From: an uncultured Candidatus Binatia bacterium
Lineage (GTDB): Bacteria; Desulfobacterota; Binatia; UBA9968; JAJDTQ01
Reading direction: 5' to 3'
Assembly: GCA_965213675.1 (NCBI GenBank)
Contig: OZ243916.1
Location: 2,432,001-2,496,000 of the forward strand
DNA: 64,000 nt
Shown here: positions 27,851 through 37,405 of the stretch, piece after piece
Numbering within the stretch: position 1 is the stretch's first letter
Layout of the letters: every line of letters begins with the position of its first letter
Position numbers and translations under genes: made by a program
The notes under the pieces: model-generated
Databases searched by the model: none
What the model was told of the DNA's origin: nothing
Seen by the model: the letters and a program-made list of their open reading frames with translations, nothing else

Positions 27851-30178
27851 CTACTTCGCGCCGCCCTGGCACAGGCGCCAGATCTTTTCTGGCTTGAGCG
27901 GCATGTCGATGTGTTTGACTCCGAACGGGGCCAGCGCGTCGACCACGGCGTTGACGATGGAAGGCGTGGAGCCGATGGTGCCGGCCTCGCCCACGCCCTT
28001 GACGCCCAGGGGATTCACCGGCGACGGGGTCTCGGTGCGATCGAACTCCAGCGCCGGCAGGTCCTCGGCCCGGGCCACGGCGTAGTCCATGAGGCTGCCG
28101 GTGAGGAGCTGGCCGTCCTCGTCATAGACCACCTCTTCGAGGAGCGCCTGTCCCAACCCCTGGGCGATGCCGCCCTGCACCTGACCGTCCACGATCAGCG
28201 GGTTGATGACCTTGCCGCAGTCGTCCACCGCCACGTACTTCCGGATCTCGACTGCGCCGCTCTGGGTGTCCACCTCCACCACGCACACGTGGGTGCCGAA
28301 GGGAAATGTGAAGTTCGACGGCTCGAACACCGACGTGGCCTGAAGACCCGGCTCCATGCCCGCGGGCAGCTTGGTGGCCACGTGCGCCTGCAGCGCCACT
28401 TCCTGGATGGTGATGCCCTTATCGGGCACTCCCTTGACCGTGAACCTGCCGTCCTCAAACTCCAGGTCGTCGGTGCTGCACTCCAGCACGTTGGCGGCGA
28501 TGGCCTCGGCCTTTTCCCGAACCTTCTGGGTCGCCATGTACACCGCGGTGCCGCCCACGGAGATGCCGCGGCTGCCGAAGGTGCCGATGCCATTGGGCAC
28601 CACGGCCGTGTCCCCGTGCAGCACGGCCACATCCTCGATGGGAAGCCCGAGATCGTCGGCGACGATCTGCGCGAAGGTGGTCTCCTCACCCTGGCCGTGG
28701 GGCGACACGCCCGTCAGCACCGTGGCCTTGCCGGTGAAGTCCATGCGCACGGTGCCGCTCTCCCAGCCCCCCGCGGGCAGCGCCGCCGAGGGTCCCATGG
28801 CGCAGATTTCGACGTAGGTGGAAAAGCCGATGCCCAGGTAGCGGCCTTCCGCCCGGAGCCGCTTCTGCTCGGCGCGCAGATCCTCGTAGCCCACCATGGC
28901 CAGGGCCCGGTCCAGCGCCGCCTGATAGTTGCCGCTGTCGTAGGCGAGCCCGGTGGCCACCTGCAGCGGAAAGTCCGCAGGCTGGGCGAAGTTCTTCCGG
29001 CGCACCGCCACCGGGTCCATGTCCAGTTCGCGGGCGATGAGGTCCAGGGTGCGCTCGATCACCAGGGTGGCCTCGGGCCGGCCGGCGCCGCGGTAGGCGT
29101 CGGTGGCCACCTTGTTGGTGAAACCGCCGGTGGAGGTGAATTTCAAGGTCGGGATCTTGTAGGAACCGCTGATCATCAGGCCGGTGAGCGGCGGCATTCC
29201 CGGCGTCAGCAGTTGGTGATAGGCGCCGGTGTCCAGCAGGCTGTCGTAGGTGACGCCCAGGATGGTGCCGTCCCGTTTCACCGCCGCTTCCACGGTGCCC
29301 ACCTGCCCGCGTCCGTGGATGGTCGCCTGCATGTTCTCCCGCCGGCCTTCAATCCACTTCACCGTGCCCTTGAGCTTCATGGCCAGATAGGCCAGCAAGC
29401 CCTCCTCCCGGTAGACGTTGAGCTTGCAGCCGAAGCCGCCACCCACCTCCGGGGCGATGATGCGAATACGGTGTTCCGGGTAGTTGAGCATGAGCGCCAG
29501 CATGGCCCGGAGAAGGTGCGGGATCTGGGTCGAACTCCAGACCGTCAGCTCGTCCTCGCCGGGGAAGTACCGCGCCACCACACCGCGAGTCTCCACCGGA
29601 ATGGGCGCAAGCCGCTGGTGGACAAACTTCTGCTTGACGATGACGTCCGCCTCGGCGCGGGCCTTGTCCATGTCCCCGGTGCCGCACGCGAAGGTGAAGG
29701 CCTGGTTGCTGTCCCACTGGGAATGGACCAGCGGCGCGCCCGGCTGCAACGCCTTCTCCAGATCCGAGACCGCGGGCAACGGCTCGTAGTCCACCTCGAT
29801 GAGGTCCAGGGCGTCCCGGACGGTGTACGCGTCCCCGGCCACCGCCACGGCCACGGGCTCGCCCACGTAGCGCACCTCGTCCTGAGCCAGCACCGGATGC
29901 GGCGGCGTGCGCAGCGTCGGATTGGCTGCGGCGCAGGGCACCGAGCCCACGCTGTCGCCGATGTCCGCGCCGGTGACGACGGTGACGACACCGGAAAGCG
30001 CCTGGGCGGCGTCCGTGTGGATGCCCTTGATGCGGGCGTGGGCATGAGGACTTCGCAGGATGGCCGCGTGCATCACGTCCGCCATGCGGAGATCGTCCAC
30101 GTAGTGCGAAAGCCCCTGCACCAGACGGGGGTCTTCGCGCCGCTTGACCTTGGTTCCTACAAGCTTGCTTACCGGCAT
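27851..30178 (-). CDS. Molybdo-flavoenzyme large subunit (form II CoxL-like, xanthine dehydrogenase family)
   Basis: VGGGFGCK, AYRGAGR, HGQG, GTFGSR, KGVGEAG. Confidence 0.93.
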   Translation of the reverse strand: MPVSKLVGTKVKRREDPRLVQGLSHYVDDLRMADVMHAAILRSPHAHARIKGIHTDAAQALSGVVTVVTGADIGDSVGSVPCAAANPTLRTPPHPVLAQDEVRYVGEPVAVAVAGDAYTVRDALDLIEVDYEPLPAVSDLEKALQPGAPLVHSQWDSNQAFTFACGTGDMDKARAEADVIVKQKFVHQRLAPIPVETRGVVARYFPGEDELTVWSSTQIPHLLRAMLALMLNYPEHRIRIIAPEVGGGFGCKLNVYREEGLLAYLAMKLKGTVKWIEGRRENMQATIHGRGQVGTVEAAVKRDGTILGVTYDSLLDTGAYHQLLTPGMPPLTGLMISGSYKIPTLKFTSTGGFTNKVATDAYRGAGRPEATLVIERTLDLIARELDMDPVAVRRKNFAQPADFPLQVATGLAYDSGNYQAALDRALAMVGYEDLRAEQKRLRAEGRYLGIGFSTYVEICAMGPSAALPAGGWESGTVRMDFTGKATVLTGVSPHGQGEETTFAQIVADDLGLPIEDVAVLHGDTAVVPNGIGTFGSRGISVGGTAVYMATQKVREKAEAIAANVLECSTDDLEFEDGRFTVKGVPDKGITIQEVALQAHVATKLPAGMEPGLQATSVFEPSNFTFPFGTHVCVVEVDTQSGAVEIRKYVAVDDCGKVINPLIVDGQVQGGIAQGLGQALLEEVVYDEDGQLLTGSLMDYAVARAEDLPALEFDRTETPSPVNPLGVKGVGEAGTIGSTPSIVNAVVDALAPFGVKHIDMPLKPEKIWRLCQGGAK

Positions 30179-30181
30179 GGC

Positions 30182-30664
30182 TTACGTCCCAGCTTTCATT
30201 TGTTCCGCGGCCTGCTTCACCGCGTCGACGATATGCTTGTACCCGGTGCACCGGCAGATGTTGCCTTCGAGCCCGTGGCGAATCTCCGCTTCCGATGGGC
30301 TCGGGTTCTCCTGGAGAAGCTGCCGCGTGGCCATGATCATGCCCGGCGTGCAGAAACCGCATTGGAGGCCGTGGCAATCCCAGAAGGCTTGCTGTATCGG
30401 ATGCAGCCCGTCATCGGTGGCCAGGGACTCGATGGTCTCCACCTCGCATCCATCCGCCTGCACCGCCAGCAGGGTGCAGGACTTCACCGCGGCCCCGTCC
30501 ACCATGACCGTGCAGGCCCCGCACAGGCTCGTCTCGCAACCGACATGGGTCCCGGTGAGGGCCAGCGCTTCCCGCAGGTAGTGAACCAGCAACAGGCGCG
30601 GCTGCACCTCGTCCGTGCGGTTGACGCCGTTGACTCGAACCTCGATCTTGATGGTATTGCTCAT
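30182..30664 (-). CDS. Molybdo-flavoenzyme 2Fe-2S subunit (CoxS-like)
   Basis: GCETSLCGACT, QCGFCTPG, GNICRCTGY; start MSNTIK at 30664. Confidence 0.93.
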   Translation of the reverse strand: MSNTIKIEVRVNGVNRTDEVQPRLLLVHYLREALALTGTHVGCETSLCGACTVMVDGAAVKSCTLLAVQADGCEVETIESLATDDGLHPIQQAFWDCHGLQCGFCTPGMIMATRQLLQENPSPSEAEIRHGLEGNICRCTGYKHIVDAVKQAAEQMKAGT

Positions 30665-30728
30665 GGTCCTCCGTCCTCTTGCGATCACAATATACTTGGT
30701 CCAAAGTCAGGTCAACAATTTTTTCGGC

Positions 30729-30781
30729 GCAACAAAACGCCTGCGCAGCTTGCCGCAGGAACCTGCGGGACACGACACCAA
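30729..30781. repeat. Partial, diverged, inverted copy of the left end of the 16735-16901 element
   Basis: GCAACAAAACGCCTGCGCAGCTTGCCGCAGGAACCTGCGGGACACGACACC aligns to the reverse complement of about 16735-16790. Confidence 0.65.
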
Positions 30782-30844
30782 GCCGTTGGCGCGGGATGGG
30801 GAAAGCCCGCGGCGGCGCGCATACAGGAAACCAGGAGAAAACTC

Positions 30845-31792
30845 ATGAAAGTATTCATCACCGGAGCCGGCATGCTCGGATGTCACGTGGCCAGAGAACT
30901 GGTGCGCGCGCGGCACTCGGTCCACCTCTACGACGTGAACCCCGATCCCGCCTACGTCGCGGCCATCGCGGGAAAGCAGCGCGTGACCACGGTGCGCGGC
31001 GACCTCCTGGACCTGCCGAATCTGATGCGCGCGCTGGCCCAAGCCAGGCCAGCCGTACTGGTGCATACCGCCGGACTCATCGGCGGCCAGGTGGAGAGCC
31101 CGCCCTACCGCGGCTTCCGCACCAACACCGTGGGTTCGGTGAACGTGTTCGAGGCCTGTCAACTCGCCGGAGTGAAGCGGCTGGTGCACGTCAGCACCTT
31201 CGGGGTCTACGACTGGGCCAACATCCGCAAGGGTCCGGTCAAGGAGGACGCGCCGCGCTGGGGCAACCGCTTCTACCCCGCCACCAAGGTCGCCAACGAG
31301 GTGATGCTGGACGCCTACGAGAACCACTACGGCATGGAATGCGTGCGCATCCGCCCCAGCGGCGTGTATGGCCCTGGCCACTACCGCGGCGGCTCCGGCG
31401 GCGGCATCGCCATGAACGACCTGGTGCGCGCATGCTTGGGGGAGGGGCCGGTGGTGCTTGAGAAGCGGCACGTGGGCCCCAACGATTTCATCTACGCTGC
31501 GGACGTGGGTCGCGGCATCGCCCTGGCCTGCACCGCCAAGGACGCGCCCGGCAAGGCGTTCAACATCGCCGTGGGAACGAACTACGGCCCGAAGGACTTT
31601 CTCAAGGCGCTGGGCAAGCTACTGCCGGGGCGGGCCATCGAGTTGGCCGAGGGCGCGGACCAAGGGAAGGGCCGCCCGCGCGTGGACCTTTCCGCGGCCA
31701 GGAGCATCCTCGGCTACGAGCCGCAATACACGCTGGAAAAGGGGCTCGCGGACTACATGAAGGTGGTGCGGCGCCACGGCTTCTGGCATTGA
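30845..31792 (+). CDS. NAD-dependent epimerase/dehydratase (extended SDR)
   Basis: MKVFITGAGMLG, HTAG, YPATK (YxxxK); RBS AGGAG. Confidence 0.88.
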   Translation: MKVFITGAGMLGCHVARELVRARHSVHLYDVNPDPAYVAAIAGKQRVTTVRGDLLDLPNLMRALAQARPAVLVHTAGLIGGQVESPPYRGFRTNTVGSVNVFEACQLAGVKRLVHVSTFGVYDWANIRKGPVKEDAPRWGNRFYPATKVANEVMLDAYENHYGMECVRIRPSGVYGPGHYRGGSGGGIAMNDLVRACLGEGPVVLEKRHVGPNDFIYAADVGRGIALACTAKDAPGKAFNIAVGTNYGPKDFLKALGKLLPGRAIELAEGADQGKGRPRVDLSAARSILGYEPQYTLEKGLADYMKVVRRHGFWH

Positions 31793-31807
31793 GCCCGCGA
31801 CGGGATG

Positions 31808-31830
31808 GGAACCCCGCTTTCGCGGGAACG
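31808..31830. repeat. Degenerate half copy of the REP-like element
   Basis: GGAACCCCGCTTTCGCGGGAACG between convergent genes. Confidence 0.5.
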
Positions 31831-31877
31831 GGGGCCCGCACGATTCAGGCGGCGGGCCCGTGTCCGGGTCGAGGAGC

Positions 31878-32552
31878 CTACGCAGGCTTTCCCGCGCGGG
31901 ACGCAAAGCCCTGGAGGATGCCATCGACGTCCACCCCGAGTTCACGCCCCTCCCGGATGACGCCCTCCTTCTGGCTGCTCCAGCTCTGGACGAACATGTT
32001 CTCCAGAAACTCGCGGTTGGCGGGGTCCTCGGCGAAGCGCGCAAGCTTCTCCATGACCATGTCTTCGTGACCCTCCTCGTCGTCCACGATGTCCTTGGCG
32101 AGTTGCCGCACCGCCGGGTCCGGAGTGGTGTCGCGCATGTGCTCCATGAACACCACCGCGGACTTCTCCGCGATGTTGCACAACCGGAACGCGCGCACGT
32201 CGCCGGTGAGAAACTGGCCGAAGTAACCGTCGTAAGCCGCCACGGGAACATCGTCGCCGGCGCCACGGCCGTCGAGGTACTCCCGGATCAGCGCGTGGTG
32301 CTTGTACTCGTCGGCGGCCTGCTCCGCCACGTGGGCGCGTTCGTGGGGCTCCAACTCGTCGTACTGCAACAGCGCCTTGGTGAACGCCACCGCGTGAGCC
32401 AACTCTTTCTTCGCCTGCCGCTGCATCAGCGCGACGAACTGCGGCGAATCCGGATCCAACTCGGCCAGCGCCTTGCGGATGGCGATGACGGGCCCCTCCA
32501 ACTCATCGTGGTAGCGGCGCCCCAACGATTCAACGAACTCCCGTCCGGTCAT
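31878..32552 (-). CDS. Ferritin-like diiron-carboxylate protein
   Basis: Helical; E...DEYKH and AE...DEEGH ExxH pairs. Confidence 0.75.
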   Translation of the reverse strand: MTGREFVESLGRRYHDELEGPVIAIRKALAELDPDSPQFVALMQRQAKKELAHAVAFTKALLQYDELEPHERAHVAEQAADEYKHHALIREYLDGRGAGDDVPVAAYDGYFGQFLTGDVRAFRLCNIAEKSAVVFMEHMRDTTPDPAVRQLAKDIVDDEEGHEDMVMEKLARFAEDPANREFLENMFVQSWSSQKEGVIREGRELGVDVDGILQGFASRAGKPA

Positions 32553-32734
32553 GACATGTTTCCCCCGAGTCAGTGTCGACTCGATCAAACTACCGGCCAG
32601 GCTCTTGTCATGTCAATCTGTTTGCCGCGCACAACGGTACTGTTACAAGAGAGCAACAGGATGCGGTTGCCGCGGGCGCCACAGGCGGCCGCACCGCCGT
32701 CGACGTCGCGGCCGGTTCGGAAAGGAGACTCCAC

Positions 32735-33112
32735 ATGGCGAAGGATGATGCGCGCAAGGCTTTTGCAGATGTCTCGCTCGGGTCCGGGAACAAGGCCTAC
32801 GACATCATCGCCGATCTCGACCCGGAGTACGCCCGGCACCTGACCGGCCTGTTCGTGGACGGGACCTTCGGGCGTGAAGGCGCCCTGGAGCGGAAGACCA
32901 AGGAACTCATCATGGTGGGCATCACCTGCGCCCTCAACCGGCCCCGGGGAGTGCGCCTCCATAGCGAGCGGGCGCTCAAGCTCGGCGCGACGCCGCGGCA
33001 GGTGCTGGAGGCGGTGGAAGTGGCCGTGATCCCCGGGGGCATGCCGGGACTGTGGCTCGGGGTGGAGACGTTGGACGCGATTCTGCGCGAGCAGGGTCTG
33101 GAGTTCAAATGA
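32735..33112 (+). CDS. Carboxymuconolactone decarboxylase/AhpD-like protein
   Basis: LERKTKELIMVG, HSERALKLGAT; RBS AAGGAG. Confidence 0.85.
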   Translation: MAKDDARKAFADVSLGSGNKAYDIIADLDPEYARHLTGLFVDGTFGREGALERKTKELIMVGITCALNRPRGVRLHSERALKLGATPRQVLEAVEVAVIPGGMPGLWLGVETLDAILREQGLEFK

Positions 33113-34311
33113 GTGAATCCCGCGGTCCGCTGCACGGGGTCCGGGTACTGGACCTGACGCGGGTTCTGGCGGGCCCCTACTGTACCATGTTCCTCGGCGA
33201 CCTCGGTGCGGAGGTGGTCAAAATCGAGCAACCGGGCACAGGCGACGACACGCGGAGTTGGGGACCGCCGTTCCAGGGCGGCGAGAGCGCCTATTTCCTG
33301 TGCGTCAACCGCAACAAGCGGAGTGTCACCCTGGATCTCCGGACCCCGGACGGCATCGCGCTGCTGCGCCGGCTGGCGCTGCGGGCGGACGTGCTCATGG
33401 AGAACTTCCGGCCAGGCACCCTCGCCGGTTGGGGCCTTTCCGAAGCAGAGGTCCGGCGGGAGAACCCAGGGTTGATCTATGCGTCGCTTTCGGCTTTCGG
33501 CGCCAGCGGTCCGCTGAAGGACCGGCCTGGCTACGACCTCGCCATCCAGGCCTGGGGCGGGCTCATGAGCATCACCGGCCCGGCCGGCGGCGAGCCCTCG
33601 AAGGTCGGCGTCGCCATCATCGACGTCGTCGCGGGCCTGATGCTGGGGCAATCCATCGCCGCGGCCCTCTACGCTCGGGAGAAGACCGGTGAAGGGCAAC
33701 GGGTCGAAACCTCTCTCATGGAGGCAGCCGTGGCGAGCCTCATCAATGCCGGGAGCAATTATCTCGTTACCGGCCAGGCGCCCGGGCGCTGGGGCAATGC
33801 GCACCCCAACATCGTGCCGTACCAGAGCTTTCCCACCGCGGACGGCCACTTGGTGGTGGCCACGGCCAACGAGGCCATCTGGGCGCGGTTTTGCCGGGCG
33901 GCGGGGCGGCCGGAGTTGGTGGAAGACCCCCGCTTCGACACCAATGCGCGCCGGGTGGCGAACCGGGACGTCCTCATCACACTCCTGAACGAGCTGTTCC
34001 GCACACGCCCGCAGCATGAATGGATCGAGCTTCTTAACGACGCGGGTGTGCCGTGTTCGCCGGTCCAGGACATCCGGGAAGTCTTCGAATCCCCGCAGGT
34101 GCGCGCCACCGGCATGCTGCAGGAGATCGACCACCCCACCGCCGGCCGGGTGCGCATGGCCGGGCCGCCGGTGAAGTTCTCCGCCACCCCGGCCTCGGTC
34201 CGGCTGGCGCCGCCGCTCTTGGGAGAACACAACGAACAAGTGCTCAGGGAATGGCTTGAGTTGGACGATGCGGAGCTGGTTGAAGTCCGTAATCAGGGCA
34301 CCCTCGGTTGA
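33109..34311 (+). CDS. Class III CoA-transferase (CaiB/BaiF)
   Basis: VLDLTRVLAGP, GAEVVKIE, NRNKRS, ENFRPG. Confidence 0.93.
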   Translation: MSESRGPLHGVRVLDLTRVLAGPYCTMFLGDLGAEVVKIEQPGTGDDTRSWGPPFQGGESAYFLCVNRNKRSVTLDLRTPDGIALLRRLALRADVLMENFRPGTLAGWGLSEAEVRRENPGLIYASLSAFGASGPLKDRPGYDLAIQAWGGLMSITGPAGGEPSKVGVAIIDVVAGLMLGQSIAAALYAREKTGEGQRVETSLMEAAVASLINAGSNYLVTGQAPGRWGNAHPNIVPYQSFPTADGHLVVATANEAIWARFCRAAGRPELVEDPRFDTNARRVANRDVLITLLNELFRTRPQHEWIELLNDAGVPCSPVQDIREVFESPQVRATGMLQEIDHPTAGRVRMAGPPVKFSATPASVRLAPPLLGEHNEQVLREWLELDDAELVEVRNQGTLG

Positions 34312-34436
34312 CAAGCAGGGCGATCCCCCGTTGATCGAGCCTCGGCGCCGGCGCGTTGGTTTCCGGGGAAAGCGACCTCAACACAGAACAACCCTCAGAT
34401 TCTTGTGCGAATGATCCGGACAGGACACTGAACCAG

Positions 34437-34886
34437 ATGCGACAGGGAATGCACTTTGAAGAGTACCGCCCGGGGGACGTTTTCCGCACCGCCCGGCGCA
34501 CCGTGACGGAGACCGACGTCGTGCAGTTCGTGAACCTGGTCGGACTCATGGAACCGCTTTTCATCGATGCCGAGTACATGCGCGACGAAACCGAGTACGG
34601 TGAGCGCATTGCCCCCGGCAGCCTGACCTTCGCGCTGGCCGAGGGACTGACCACCCAGACCGGGATGCTGCACGGGACGGGGCTGGCCTTTGTGGGGCTC
34701 GAAGGCATGCGGCTGTTCCGTCCGGTGAAGGTGGGCGACACCATCTCCGTGGAGATCGAAGTGCTGGACGGGCGCGGGACCAGTTCGCGCCGCGCGGGCA
34801 TCGTCCGTTGCCGCCATGTCGTGGCCAACCAGCGCGGGGAGGCGGTGATGGACTATACCGTGAAACGTCTGATCCGCGGGCGGTAA
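34437..34886 (+). CDS. MaoC-like hotdog-fold dehydratase
   Basis: RRTVTETD, PLFIDAEY, PVKVGDTI, NQRGE. Confidence 0.85.
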   Translation: MRQGMHFEEYRPGDVFRTARRTVTETDVVQFVNLVGLMEPLFIDAEYMRDETEYGERIAPGSLTFALAEGLTTQTGMLHGTGLAFVGLEGMRLFRPVKVGDTISVEIEVLDGRGTSSRRAGIVRCRHVVANQRGEAVMDYTVKRLIRGR

Positions 34887-35036
34887 CGCCGACCCGCGGT
34901 CGCCCCCGAACACGGACCGTTGCCATGCCGTGCGGGACATTCCCGAGTACACGGTCAGGCTGTCAATGGGCAGTCAGTGTTTCGGTGACGCGCAACTCTG
35001 GCGAGACCGACGCGGACGGAACCCGCGGCTCGGATG

Positions 35037-36101
35037 CTATTGCCCGCGGGACTCGCCGGCAGGCCCATCGGTGAAAAGCACCTTGCGGAGTTGCACGATG
35101 AACTTGGGATCCAGCTCGAAAAGCCTCCCAACGGTCTTCTCGATGGCCGCGCCGTCCAGCGGGCGGACGTCCAAACCCAACCTGTTGGCCTCGGCGACAA
35201 ACGCCGGATCGGCCATGGTGTCGGCAAACGCCTTGCGCAGCCGGGTTATCTGCGCCTCCGGCGTCCCCGGAGGAAGCGTGTACGCCCGCGCCAGTTTCGC
35301 CGGGTCGTGGACCCCGTATACGAGCAGCATCCGGGCGTTCCCGGACCCTGCCAGGTCCACCGCGTTGGGGACGGATGGCAGGTCGGCATGGGGCTCGGCC
35401 ATGGCCTGAAGCACCACCCGGGCTCCTCCCGTGGCAAGCATCTTGTCCCACGTCTTCCTGACCGACCGCCAGTGCCAGCAACCGCCCGCGACTTCCTGTC
35501 TGACGGCGGCCAGTCGGAGCTTCTCCAGGCCCTTGTAACCTGGGATGAGCCGCACCGGCAGGGCCAGCGCAGCGGCGACGACACGGGACATGCTCGTGGC
35601 GGCTTCGTTGCGCCCGATGCCGCCCAGCTTGACGGGCCTCTTGCCGCCCGCCCAACCGGCCAGGTCGCCGATGCCGCTCGCCTTGGTGAGGACGCACACC
35701 GGATGCAGGGGCGCCACCGCGCCCACCCAGCCGAACCGCCGTGTGTCCACCCTCACGTCCGTCCGTCCGAAGATCTGTTTGTGGATGAGGTCGCCCGACC
35801 AGAGGCCCACCGTGCGGCCGTCGGGTCTGGCTTCGCGGTACAGGTACTCCGCGGCCACGCTGGTGCCGCCGCCGGCCAGGTTGCGCACCACCACGCGGGG
35901 GCGTTCGGGCAAATGACGCCCGATGTGACGCGCCAGAAGGCGGGTGTCGCTGTCGAACACGCCGCCCGCGCCGCCACCCACGACGAAGGTGAGGGCGCCC
36001 TCGCCCGCACCGGCGGCGAACGACGTGAGCGCCAGCCACAAGGCGGCTGCCAGAATACCTCTGGAGGACATCCCCACCACAGCTCCGGGTCGTTGCGTCA
36101 C
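35037..36101 (-). CDS. Tripartite tricarboxylate transporter substrate-binding protein (TctC/Bug-like)
   Basis: GGGAGGVFD, VRNLAGGG, PDGRT, LPPGTP. Confidence 0.85.
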   Translation of the reverse strand: MTQRPGAVVGMSSRGILAAALWLALTSFAAGAGEGALTFVVGGGAGGVFDSDTRLLARHIGRHLPERPRVVVRNLAGGGTSVAAEYLYREARPDGRTVGLWSGDLIHKQIFGRTDVRVDTRRFGWVGAVAPLHPVCVLTKASGIGDLAGWAGGKRPVKLGGIGRNEAATSMSRVVAAALALPVRLIPGYKGLEKLRLAAVRQEVAGGCWHWRSVRKTWDKMLATGGARVVLQAMAEPHADLPSVPNAVDLAGSGNARMLLVYGVHDPAKLARAYTLPPGTPEAQITRLRKAFADTMADPAFVAEANRLGLDVRPLDGAAIEKTVGRLFELDPKFIVQLRKVLFTDGPAGESRGQ

Positions 36102-36140
36102 TCACCTGCGGCGCTGGCGCCCGGCCGAGAGGCGCGGGCG

Positions 36141-37283
36141 TTACGCCCCGTTGAGCCGCGGCATGACCTCCTTGTGGAACAGGTTCAGGGAGTCGATGAC
36201 CTTGTCGTGGGCGAGATTGCCGATGTGGAACATGCCCATGAAGTGCTCGGCGCCGATCTGGCTCATCTGCTGGTTGACCTGCGCCGCCACCGTATCGGGG
36301 CTGCCCGCGATGACGAAACCGGTGTCGATGAGCTGTTCCCAGCTCATCGGATGGAAGTTGACGCGCTCTTCATTGCCCGGACGGAAGTAGCCGCCGGACC
36401 TGGCGCTCACCATGGCCGCCTTGACCCGCTGCTGGTCGGCGGCGACGTCGGTCTTGGCCTCGTTGAAGCCGCGGTTCCACAGCGTGAAGAAGTAGCGCAA
36501 CGGCGGCTCCGCTATCGCCCGCGCCTGCTCGTCGGTCTCGGCCACATGGATGTGGCGGCAAAGGATGAAGTTCTCGGGGCCGCTCTCCCATCCGCCGTCT
36601 CCTGCCACCTTGCGGTAGTAGTTGAAGGTGTCCTCGATCTGGTCCGTGGTCTGGTAGACCTGCGCGATGGGGATCCTGCGCGCGCAGCACCACTCGATGG
36701 ACTCGGCGCTGCGCGCCGCCACCCAGATGGGCGGGTGCGGCTGCTGTACCGGGCGCGGCCAAATGGCGCATTTTTCGAACTGGAAGAAATCGCCCTCATA
36801 GCTCCACACCGGCTCGGTCCAGGCCTTCATGATGACGTCGAAGGCCTCGCCGAACCGTCCGCGGGATTCCTGGGGCTTGACGTTGTACCACAGGTATTCC
36901 GAGGGAATGCCGCGGACAAAGCCCGCGATCAGGCGGCCCGCGGAGAGGCAGTCGATCATGGCGTACTCTTCCGCCACCCGCACCGGGTGCTGGCGCAGCG
37001 GCAGGATGTTCCCGAGTACGCCGATCTTGATGCGGCTGGTCTTCTGACTCAGCGCCGCGGCGATGAGGTTGGGCGACGGCATGGTGCCGTAGGCGCTGTA
37101 ATGGTGCTCGTTGAAGACCACCCCCTCGAAGCCCAACTCCTCACAATAGGCCATCTCTTCCAGGTGTTCCCGGTAGTTGCGCGAGCCCACCGGCGGATCG
37201 AAGTAGGTGCTTGGCACGGGCGTTCCCGGAACGTCCTCGGGCACGTCCGGATAGGCCAGCAGGTCGAAATTGTAGACTTTCAT
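36141..37283 (-). CDS. LLM-class flavin-dependent oxidoreductase
   Basis: NEHHYSAYGTMPSPN, PVRVAEE, PRPVQQPHPPIW. Confidence 0.9.
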   Translation of the reverse strand: MKVYNFDLLAYPDVPEDVPGTPVPSTYFDPPVGSRNYREHLEEMAYCEELGFEGVVFNEHHYSAYGTMPSPNLIAAALSQKTSRIKIGVLGNILPLRQHPVRVAEEYAMIDCLSAGRLIAGFVRGIPSEYLWYNVKPQESRGRFGEAFDVIMKAWTEPVWSYEGDFFQFEKCAIWPRPVQQPHPPIWVAARSAESIEWCCARRIPIAQVYQTTDQIEDTFNYYRKVAGDGGWESGPENFILCRHIHVAETDEQARAIAEPPLRYFFTLWNRGFNEAKTDVAADQQRVKAAMVSARSGGYFRPGNEERVNFHPMSWEQLIDTGFVIAGSPDTVAAQVNQQMSQIGAEHFMGMFHIGNLAHDKVIDSLNLFHKEVMPRLNGA

Positions 37284-37405
37284 GGGGGTCGATCTCCTTT
37301 GCGGGCGGCCTCCCGGCCAAGCGACGCCGTATCGGGGCCGGAGGACTAAACTATTCCCATCCCGCTCCGACTGTCAATCACGGCGCCGAGGCGACAGCGC
37401 CTGCT

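Noticed and set aside
27797-30844. 1331-aa plus-strand ORF
   Set aside because: Antisense shadow of coxSLM; only 30845-31792 is a real gene.
35034-37349. 771-aa plus-strand ORF and similar long antisense ORFs (13539-15815, 59567-61657, 61673-63949)
   Set aside because: Stop-poor reverse frames of GC3-biased genes with no recognisable motifs.
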